Shown piece after piece: positions 56,219 to 63,626 of a DNA stretch of 64,000 nt. Under the pieces are notes generated by a model. It was not told the DNA's origin and ran no database searches. It saw only the letters and a program-made list of their open reading frames with translations. Within the stretch, counting starts at the first letter, position 1. Every line of letters starts with the position of its first letter. Position numbers and translations under genes: made by a program. Source of the DNA: a virus; the IMG/VR virus record IMGVR_UViG_3300044993_000080, positions 20,417-84,416 of that record. One strand, written 5' to 3'.

Positions 56219-57518
56219 CAAACGGGTTCTTCGTGCTGACCATTGGGGCGGATAGAGGAACAAACTCAGGGTCGTTTGCAACGGGTTGCAGTTTCACCCG
56301 GTTTCTAGCGCGTATCTCTTGCGCGGCAATCGACCGGGGGTGCACAGGGGCCTTTCCGCCAAACTCGGCCAACCGTTCGGCCTGCTTGAGCTTGATGTCT
56401 GCGGCGCGAGACCGAGCGCGCACCTTGATCTCGCGGACCCGCATCTCGTCTCGAAGTTCGGCGATGGCGTGGCGCTTGGCGAACTCGGCGGTGGCCTGCT
56501 CGAAGGTCATCCCTCGGGCCATCATCCGCTCGATCTCAGTCCGCTCTTCGGCACTGGCCCACTCTTCCAACTTACCTTCTCCCCAGCACTCGGCAAACTG
56601 GTCAATCATGGCAACATAAAAGTTGAAGGCCGGAACGGCTGGTGGTGGGTTCTTTGTCATCCACTTAAACTGCTTCCGCATGATCTGGGTCCAGTTGCGC
56701 ACGGCCCAGTCGGTGAAGTCAATGAAGCTGATCTGGCGAAAGTTGGCCCAACCACTGGCGAGCCTCTTGGCCTGCCCCTTCTCCCTGCCGGTCCATACAG
56801 GTTCGACCACGTCCGGAAAGGTCTCGCGCAGTGCGTCGCGCCATGCAGCCTCTACGCCCCCGGACGTGGCGCGCTGACTACGGACTTTGAGCCGGGTGGC
56901 CTTGGCTTCTGCGTGGCTGGCCACGGTCCGCTCGATTGTTGCCCGGATAGTCGAAACGGGGTTTGGGGGCTCGCGGTCCGAAGAGGCCGCGTTACCTGTC
57001 CTTTGATTACCTGTATAGGGATTACCTGTATATTGGGTCTCTGTGAGAGACACCCTCGTCTCTGTGAGAGACACCCTCGTCTCTGTGAGAGACACCCTTT
57101 CCGACTTGCAACCGGTTGCATCTTTCTTCAATCGCTTCGGCAGATTAAGTGCCATCTTCGGGCTCCAATCGAGGCGGACACTGTAGTGGGTTTTGTCAGG
57201 ATTGAAAGCGTCGGCACGACGGCGGATCATCCCGCGCCCCTCCAGTGAGGACAACACACGATATAGCTTGGGGCGGCTAAGATTGAGGGGACCATTGACC
57301 TTGTCGCCCCGTAAGAGCCGCCCGGCGCTGAACTGCGCCTCGGTCCGTCCCCACCCAACCGTGCGGTCAACGATAGCTGAAAGCACTCGAAACTCATACG
57401 GGTCCAAGTGCTCGGCCCACTCTCGATTGAGCTTCTGGTAGATCATCAGCTTCGACTGAAGTGAAGAATAATCGTCATCGGAGCCCAAGCTAGGGAACTC
57501 CAGCACCTTGGCTGACAT
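56211..57518 (-). CDS. Replication initiator (lambda O-like, N-terminal wHTH)
   Basis: I.DRT.GW.R....S......G....LS........L...G.I pattern; internal iteron array. Confidence 0.75.
   Translation of the reverse strand: MSAKVLEFPSLGSDDDYSSLQSKLMIYQKLNREWAEHLDPYEFRVLSAIVDRTVGWGRTEAQFSAGRLLRGDKVNGPLNLSRPKLYRVLSSLEGRGMIRRRADAFNPDKTHYSVRLDWSPKMALNLPKRLKKDATGCKSERVSLTETRVSLTETRVSLTETQYTGNPYTGNQRTGNAASSDREPPNPVSTIRATIERTVASHAEAKATRLKVRSQRATSGGVEAAWRDALRETFPDVVEPVWTGREKGQAKRLASGWANFRQISFIDFTDWAVRNWTQIMRKQFKWMTKNPPPAVPAFNFYVAMIDQFAECWGEGKLEEWASAEERTEIERMMARGMTFEQATAEFAKRHAIAELRDEMRVREIKVRARSRAADIKLKQAERLAEFGGKAPVHPRSIAAQEIRARNRVKLQPVANDPEFVPLSAPMVSTKNPFDE
56991..57120. repeat. Candidate replication origin
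   Basis: GTCTCTGTGAGAGACACCCTC at 57037, 57058 and 57079; TTACCTGT at 56992, 57007 and 57022; TGCAACCGGTTGCA at 57107-57120. Confidence 0.8.
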
Positions 57519-57652
57519 ATAATAACCCTGTCTGTCGCCGCCGATTATTCGGCTGTTCTGTAAATCAAGTTGAAAAACTTATGTAATGAAAACCCAGAAC
57601 TAGGTAAAGCCCCTACATATAGGGCCTTGACATGGGGTAAACTACTAGAAAG

Positions 57653-58039
57653 TCAGAATTGACCTTTCAGGCGAAGTGCGTCGAGATATGCGATCTCGAC
57701 CTTAACCGCTTCATCATACTCGGCGAACAATAGCACATCATCGCCGTTGTGGTCCCGCGCCCAGCCGGACGGGGCGAGTGCCGTGAGCTTGTCGCCTGCG
57801 CGGTCAGCGCGCCAGCTTTCGGGCTGGCTGTTGCGAAAGGCGCTGAAGGTCAGTTTGCCGCGCCCGGCCTCTTGCAGCACGTCAATAAACCATGCTTGAC
57901 GCTCGGCGTCCCACTCGATCAGAGACGCGCGCTTGATGTCCGCCTTGCCGAACTGGCGAAGGTCCAGCCCTTGGCCGGGCTTGCGCTGAAGGCCGGACAT
58001 GGAACCGTCCCGGCCAATGGTGATTACCTGCCTGTGCAT
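57653..58039 (-). CDS. Hypothetical protein of the AAA/DUF1257 module
   Basis: I.RAS.IEW......W..D motif; GGGAG RBS. Confidence 0.65.
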   Translation of the reverse strand: MHRQVITIGRDGSMSGLQRKPGQGLDLRQFGKADIKRASLIEWDAERQAWFIDVLQEAGRGKLTFSAFRNSQPESWRADRAGDKLTALAPSGWARDHNGDDVLLFAEYDEAVKVEIAYLDALRLKGQF

Positions 58040-58104
58040 ATGGGTTCTCCCCCAGAAACGAACGGGGCGGGGCTCCCGTGAGAGACACCCGCCGCGCCCA
58101 GTTG

Positions 58105-58305
58105 TTACCAGCCCTGCTCGATCTGCGTTTCCGCGCTCTGCGAGTATTCGGGCTTGTATTCGCGGTCCCCTGCGTTGGGCTTGCCGCCCGCCAGCGCCTG
58201 CTCGATATGGGCGGTAGCTGCTTCACACGAGTTGCCCACGAACCCTTCAGCTTCGACCTTCTTGTTTCCCATGGGGTCGATGGTGATCTTGATTTTCTGA
58301 TCCAT
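58105..58305 (-). CDS. DUF2997-like protein
   Basis: I.I.IDP.G...VEAEGF.G.SC..AT..IE.AL...KPEY. Confidence 0.8.
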   Translation of the reverse strand: MDQKIKITIDPMGNKKVEAEGFVGNSCEAATAHIEQALAGGKPNAGDREYKPEYSQSAETQIEQGW

Positions 58306-58332
58306 GATATGCGTTCCTTGTTGGTAGCGCGA

Positions 58333-58788
58333 TCAAACGACGGCGAGAATGATCTGGACGTTACCGTCCGCATCGACATCGCAGCTTTCGATGACATGCC
58401 CAGCAGCCATGGCTGCGTTCATGGCGACGTGCTTGCCGTATTCCTGCAAAAACCGCCCGATCTGGTGCTGGGTGTATTCTTGCGAAGCGTAGGCGGCGGT
58501 GCCGGGCACCGGGCACGTCGCGCCAAGGTAGCGCCCCACGTGACCCTGATAGACATCGAGCACGGGCTCATAGTTGCCCTCAGCATTGCGCTTCAAGCCG
58601 ACATCGTATGCACCGTCGAGTTTCAGCACGAGGTCGCATGTTTCCACGCTATCGTAGCCGTGGACGCGCGGCTTGGCGTTCTCGACAATGCGAACGTTGA
58701 TGCCCTGCGAATTGAGGCTTGCGACGGCCTGACGAACTGCGCCGAGATCGGTGATGACGATCCCCGACAACTTGGTAACGTGACTCAT
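58333..58788 (-). CDS. DUF1257-like protein
   Basis: MSH.T.....TD..A...A..., YDVG.......Y....D and G...Q.Y. Confidence 0.75.
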   Translation of the reverse strand: MSHVTKLSGIVITDLGAVRQAVASLNSQGINVRIVENAKPRVHGYDSVETCDLVLKLDGAYDVGLKRNAEGNYEPVLDVYQGHVGRYLGATCPVPGTAAYASQEYTQHQIGRFLQEYGKHVAMNAAMAAGHVIESCDVDADGNVQIILAVV

Positions 58789-58872
58789 AGTTGATACTCC
58801 CTTCTTCCATCGGCCCTCTGCCGACTGGGTATGTTGAACCTAACCTGCCAGACATTTTATGTCAAGCAACAT

Positions 58873-59514
58873 CTAGAGCTTGAGCGCTCTACCGCGCCGG
58901 GTGGAGATCACTTGGACCTCTTCACCATCATGGGTCCGCACGATCTCCACTTTGGTCTTGGCCGGTGCACGGCGCTCCGGCGCAATCTGCTCCCTGATGA
59001 ACACCGCCCGGACCTTATCGGGCTTGGCCAATTGCAGGTCTTGTGCGTGTATGGGGATACGGGCGGCCCCGGCCTCTCGCAGCGAAACGACATCGAACCG
59101 ACCCTCGACAATGACAGCGGCGTTAGTGGACTGCCTGCTGTCGATCCTGCGAAGCTGCAACCGTTGCAAAGGCCCATCCTCTCGCGCCCGTATAAACACC
59201 ACGCCTTCCTCAATGAAGGGCCGGGAGCCGAACCGCGTCTTGCGTCGCCCATAGACCCGCAAAATCGCCCCCTCGGGCACGTTGAAGTTGCCGTCCCAGT
59301 AGGAACCTTGCTCTCGCACGCCTGTCGTGCTGGCAGGTAAGTAGGAAGGACGCGACTGCTCTGTGATGTGTTGACGGTTCTTGGCGGCTTCGCTGATAAA
59401 TACACCCTTGCCGCCCGGCACCTCGAACTTGGTCTGTGGTTCCAGCGTGACTATCAGCGCCGCGCTGCCCTCTTTGAAGGTTTCCGAACCTGTGATGCAC
59501 CTTATGAATGGCAT
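58873..59514 (-). CDS. Hypothetical protein
   Basis: ORF with RBS; C-terminal RRGRALKL. Confidence 0.65.
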   Translation of the reverse strand: MPFIRCITGSETFKEGSAALIVTLEPQTKFEVPGGKGVFISEAAKNRQHITEQSRPSYLPASTTGVREQGSYWDGNFNVPEGAILRVYGRRKTRFGSRPFIEEGVVFIRAREDGPLQRLQLRRIDSRQSTNAAVIVEGRFDVVSLREAGAARIPIHAQDLQLAKPDKVRAVFIREQIAPERRAPAKTKVEIVRTHDGEEVQVISTRRGRALKL

Positions 59515-59534
59515 GTCATATTCCTGAATAGGGT

Positions 59535-59574
59535 GTCCGGCTGGCATCACTTATCGAGAGGGTGCCAGCCGGAC
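59535..59574 (-). promoter_or_regulatory. Intergenic hairpin displaying an anti-leader loop
   Basis: 12-bp perfect stem GTCCGGCTGGCA/TGCCAGCCGGAC; minus-strand loop CCCUCUCGAUAAGUGA; no U tract. Confidence 0.65.
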
Positions 59575-59612
59575 TAAGCGGTGTGAAGGGAGATCACACA
59601 CACCGCCTGTTC

Positions 59613-61316
59613 TTACTCGGCAGGGTCAGTGTCGTCCCTGCTCAGGTTGGTCGCACGTATCTGCTGGCCGTCCACGAGGTGCACGGGCTTGCGGACGCGA
59701 CGCCTTGGTTGGATACGGGCTTCAGTCGAACGAGAGGCCGGGCGGGCGTTTTGCTCCGCCCATACTCTCATAGCTTCGAATTGCTCTGCGAACGCCTCGG
59801 ATAGCGGGCGCATAGTCGAAAGCTGCTCCGCGATTAGGTTGCCGTCCACCTGCCGCCCGGTGACAAACGCCTTAATTTTGGCGTCCTTGACTGCGGCCTC
59901 GATCTCGGCGGGCACAAACCCATCGGAGCCCGCGACTGCCGCCGCAAGGTTCTCCACGGTGTCCGGGTCCACCTTGCGCTTCCGCAAGTGGATTTTGATG
60001 ACCTCTTCGCGCTCCGCATCGTCCGGCACGGTGACGCTGAACACTTCGTCCAGTCGGCCCCGGCGTAGGAACTCGGCGGGCAAGTTATTGGTGCGGTTGG
60101 CCGTGGCAACCCAGAAGATCGGCGATGAACTTTCCTGCATGTGGGTAAGGATAGCCCCCAGCACGCGCTGGCTGATACCGCTGTCTCCGCCACTGCCAAG
60201 CTGGAACGCCTTGTCCACCTCGTCGAGCATGACTACGCAAGGTGCCATGGCGTCGAGCATTTTCAGGGCTGCGCGCACACGCTCTTCCGAACTGCCGACA
60301 ATCCCGTGGAACACTCGGCTCACGTCGAACTTGATAAGGGGAAGTCCCAGCTTGGCCGCCGCTGCTTTGGCGACAAGGCTCTTGCCGGTGCCGGGCGGTC
60401 CAATCAGAGCGATGCCCTTCGGGGCCTCGATCCCAGCGTCTGCGGCCTCTTGGCCGAAGCACCCGGCCCGCTCGTCCAGCCATTCCTTGAGATTGTCGAG
60501 CCCACCGATCTCGTCCATGTTGGCGCTCGGCATGACTTCCAGCACTTCGGAGCGCTTGACTACCTCGACCTTGACCTTCAGCACTTCGCGGGCGATCTCG
60601 TCACCGGACAGATTGGGGAGCTTGGTCTTGTGGGTGACGAGCGCTCGCGCCAGCGCAGTCTCGAACTCGTGCGCCGACATACCGGACCCCGCCGCAATGA
60701 TGTGCTGGCGGTCGTCATTGGTGAGACAGGGCTTCTTGTCGCGCGGCAAGTCGCGGATTTGCTCATCGAGCATGGTGCCCAATTCGGCGAAGCTCGGCGG
60801 GTCGAAGTCGAGGATCGTCACGTCGTCCTCAAGCTCGTTCGGAAGCTGATAGCCGGGCGGTGTCAGCAGGATCAGGCGCTTGGCATCGGCTTCGACACCG
60901 TAGCTGAAGCTGCGCGCGTATTCCTTGATGGCCTGCAACATCGAAGGCTGCACGCCACCCTGCTTGATCCAGTGCTGTGGATACATATAGACGTAGAACC
61001 CGCCGCCCATGTCGGAAGCTCCGTTGTCATTCAGGCCCTCAATCTTCTGAAGCGCCATGTTTGGGTCTTTGGTGCCGTCCGGTTCTTCCTGACGACCATC
61101 TGCTTTGAAGCAGGTCCAGCCATTCAGGACGGTCCACAACCAAAGCGGCATCTTCTGCGCAAATGAGAGCGCTTTGATGCTGTCCAGTGCGCGGTAAGGC
61201 TCGCGGGTCCGGCATACGACGACGCCGACTGCTGCGTTGTGCAGCACATTGAGGTTGGCGCGAAACAGGTCCGCATTGCGGACACTTGCCTGCTCGGTAG
61301 TCATTGATGTGGTCAC
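59613..61316 (-). CDS. Ycf46-like AAA+ ATPase
   Basis: Degenerate N-terminal AAA; IGGLDNLK.W, GPPGTGKS, LDEVDK, ATAN and RRGRLDE; follows a promoter cassette (-35 at 61388-61383). Confidence 0.9.
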   Translation of the reverse strand: MTTSMTTEQASVRNADLFRANLNVLHNAAVGVVVCRTREPYRALDSIKALSFAQKMPLWLWTVLNGWTCFKADGRQEEPDGTKDPNMALQKIEGLNDNGASDMGGGFYVYMYPQHWIKQGGVQPSMLQAIKEYARSFSYGVEADAKRLILLTPPGYQLPNELEDDVTILDFDPPSFAELGTMLDEQIRDLPRDKKPCLTNDDRQHIIAAGSGMSAHEFETALARALVTHKTKLPNLSGDEIAREVLKVKVEVVKRSEVLEVMPSANMDEIGGLDNLKEWLDERAGCFGQEAADAGIEAPKGIALIGPPGTGKSLVAKAAAAKLGLPLIKFDVSRVFHGIVGSSEERVRAALKMLDAMAPCVVMLDEVDKAFQLGSGGDSGISQRVLGAILTHMQESSSPIFWVATANRTNNLPAEFLRRGRLDEVFSVTVPDDAEREEVIKIHLRKRKVDPDTVENLAAAVAGSDGFVPAEIEAAVKDAKIKAFVTGRQVDGNLIAEQLSTMRPLSEAFAEQFEAMRVWAEQNARPASRSTEARIQPRRRVRKPVHLVDGQQIRATNLSRDDTDPAE

Positions 61317-61391
61317 GATATTCTCCCTGTAGGTGTCCCTCTCGATTAGGACAGCCCGCAACCTAGGCTAGGCTAGATTTTATGTCAAGCG

Positions 61392-61428
61392 AAAAGAGGG
61401 CCACGCCCTGTGGTAGAGCGCGGCCCTA
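61392..61428 (-). terminator. Probable terminator after the lysis cassette
   Basis: AGGGCCGCGC...GCGTGGCCCT followed by CTTTT on the minus strand. Confidence 0.6.
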
Positions 61429-61504
61429 TAGGATCAACTTGACTGCCTTGATGGTCGCAACAGGGTAACGTCCTAGGCGGCTATCGACATAGCACCGCGC
61501 CGGG

Positions 61505-61816
61505 TCACTGACAACCAAAAGTCGCTGCTTCCAGTTGGTCCGCGTGGTTCATTCGTCGTCCTGCCTGCACCCGGACAGCCTCTGCCTTAGCTCCGGGTGC
61601 CAGCGCCCGCCACTGCTCTTCCGAGATCGTATCCCGCATCGGGATTACAGGTGTCGGGCGCTCACCCACTCCGTCGCCGTCCGTGTCCGGCAAGCACCCG
61701 ACTGCGACTGGCACATAGACCTCGACCGGCACTTCTTCGATCACGGTCCGGGTCGTGGTGCACCCGGCGAGTGCCAGCGCCGCGATCAGGCTAGAAGCCG
61801 TTACGGTAAAGCGCAT
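61505..61816 (-). CDS. Outer-membrane spanin (Rz1-like lipoprotein)
   Basis: Signal peptide with LAGC lipobox; Pro-rich; overlaps the i-spanin 3' end. Confidence 0.8.
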   Translation of the reverse strand: MRFTVTASSLIAALALAGCTTTRTVIEEVPVEVYVPVAVGCLPDTDGDGVGERPTPVIPMRDTISEEQWRALAPGAKAEAVRVQAGRRMNHADQLEAATFGCQ

Positions 61817-62345
61817 CCAATACCTCCTGCATCTGGCGAAGCTCCTCTTGGTCGCTACGCGGCTGGGTTCGGGTTGCCGATTTCTGCGCTTCGGCGATCC
61901 AGCGATCACGTTGGCGGGTAAGGGACTGCACCTCCCTGATCTGTCGGGCCGACTGAGCGCGCATCCGCTCGGTCTCTTCGTTAAGGCGGCGGACCTCACG
62001 GGTTTGGGTCTCGGCAGTCGTCTTGTAGCCATCTCGCTCACGCCGGGCGATTGCTCGTTCGGTGATAATGGTGCGGACTTCACTGACGATTTTCTTGCGG
62101 TCGACCTTATCGCCGCCGTTCGCAGCCGCGATGATCTGCGCTACTTCGTCGAGCCGCCCGTTGGCCACATCCCGGTCGCTGGTAGCTTTCCACCACATGA
62201 AACCGCAAACAAGCAGGACGCCTGCGCCAATGCCTGCAATGACCCGCAGGCTCAATAGGCCCGTCGCTCCGGCGATGACAGCGCCCGCGCCTTGCTTAAC
62301 GCGAGCCGCTATCGTGTTTTCGGCAAATCTGCCCACGATGCCCAT
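61791..62345 (-). CDS. Inner-membrane spanin (Rz-like)
   Basis: N-terminal TM followed by a long coiled coil; follows the endolysin. Confidence 0.75.
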   Translation of the reverse strand: MGIVGRFAENTIAARVKQGAGAVIAGATGLLSLRVIAGIGAGVLLVCGFMWWKATSDRDVANGRLDEVAQIIAAANGGDKVDRKKIVSEVRTIITERAIARRERDGYKTTAETQTREVRRLNEETERMRAQSARQIREVQSLTRQRDRWIAEAQKSATRTQPRSDQEELRQMQEVLDALYRNGF

Positions 62346-63193
62346 TAGTCGAGCCCGTTGCTTCGGTTGTTGAAGCGCTTCCAGATGATGTAAGCTGACA
62401 GCGCGAAAATGATGAAACCAAGCGCCGTTGAAAGCCACGCTAGGTGCTGCAACTTGTCTGCTTCGCCCTGAAGATCGCGCATCGAACTGGTGGCTGTCAT
62501 CAGGCCCTCAACCGTGATGGGAGCCGCCACTACACTTCCGGTGACTGCGCCAACGATGCCCTTGCTGCTGGTAAGGGGTTTCGGCGGGTCCGGCTCAACC
62601 CGCTTACTGACGTCGGCGATGTATGTCCGCTCTTTTACAGGAACCTCTACCGGTCGCATGTAAAGCGAAGCCTCTTCGGCACGGCGTCGGGTCAAGCCGC
62701 GCATTACGCGCCCGCCCGCTTTGTTCCACAAAGCGAACTGCGCAGCCGCACCTTCATAATCGCCCGCCCTGTGCTTTTTCAGCAACGTGGAGCCCCCTAG
62801 TCCCCTGCCCCGGATACGCGGATTTCCCAACCCCACGTTGTAGGCGAATAGAACCAGTGCGTCGAACTGATTTTGGTTGGTCTCGGCCCCGCCTTGGATC
62901 AGGCGCATTACGCCGCGCTCGAACTTGTCGATGTCTGCATCGAACAGCGCTTCGGCCTTCTGGCGGGTGATGCGCATACCCAGTGCCAGCGGGACGCCGT
63001 CGAGCGTGCCTGTGTGACCCCAGCCAATCGTGGGACGTCCAGCGTCGTCGATGTATGTTTCGAGCGCGGGTTCGCCGCTCTTGAGAACGATCAGGCGATT
63101 ACCCTGCATCCGCCCGCCCGTCTCGTAGCGCTTCAGGATAGCGCGACCTTCATCCGATAGCCTCACTTTGACCTCCACTGCTGCCAAGACCAT
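62345..63193 (-). CDS. Endolysin, GH24 lysozyme with C-terminal membrane segment
   Basis: E...Y.D..G..TIGWGHT, QFDAL..F.YNVG, STLLK and GL.RRR.EE. Confidence 0.9.
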   Translation of the reverse strand: MVLAAVEVKVRLSDEGRAILKRYETGGRMQGNRLIVLKSGEPALETYIDDAGRPTIGWGHTGTLDGVPLALGMRITRQKAEALFDADIDKFERGVMRLIQGGAETNQNQFDALVLFAYNVGLGNPRIRGRGLGGSTLLKKHRAGDYEGAAAQFALWNKAGGRVMRGLTRRRAEEASLYMRPVEVPVKERTYIADVSKRVEPDPPKPLTSSKGIVGAVTGSVVAAPITVEGLMTATSSMRDLQGEADKLQHLAWLSTALGFIIFALSAYIIWKRFNNRSNGLD

Positions 63194-63238
63194 GTATCAG
63201 GTTCTCACTACACAGGGAAGCCTGCAACGGGTTGCAAA

Positions 63239-63517
63239 TTACTGTAGCAACGCGGACCCGCCCAGTTTAATCCCCATACCCAGCAAGAGCGCGCCGAATA
63301 GTGCGGTAGTCAGGAACTTGACGATGGCTTGAAGAGCGGACTTTCGCACCTCTTTCCACGACGCCATCAACTTCCGAAGCTCGCGCAAATCCTCGCCCGC
63401 GTTCTCGTCTTCGAGACCTAGTTCCTTCAGCGCACGCCGGGCTCCAGCCGCTGCCGCCCGATCAAGGGCGTTGTCGAACTCTTCCTTGGTCATGCTCATT
63501 GGCACGCTAGATGACAT
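63239..63517 (-). CDS. DUF6127-like / putative holin
   Basis: A..GA.RAL..LGL.D..A..D..ELR.L..W and a C-terminal TM; upstream of the endolysin. Confidence 0.6.
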   Translation of the reverse strand: MSSSVPMSMTKEEFDNALDRAAAAGARRALKELGLEDENAGEDLRELRKLMASWKEVRKSALQAIVKFLTTALFGALLLGMGIKLGGSALLQ

Positions 63518-63626
63518 GGCGACGCAACCCTTTACCAGACGAGCCGTGCTCTAACAGCGATGACATAACCCCGTCAACGGGTTCAGACCCTGCCCGCATC
63601 AAGATGGTTACGCGGGCCATCAGGCA

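Noticed and set aside
57037-57098. CRISPR array (with the Cas4-like gene at 42413-43444)
   Set aside because: The repeats are contiguous, have no spacers and lie in frame within a gene. No cas1 or cas2 is present, and solo Cas4-like nucleases are common in phages.
59156-59168. TGCAAC-C-GTTGCA as a palindrome copy
   Set aside because: The spacer is 1 nt rather than 2, so it was left out of the counts.
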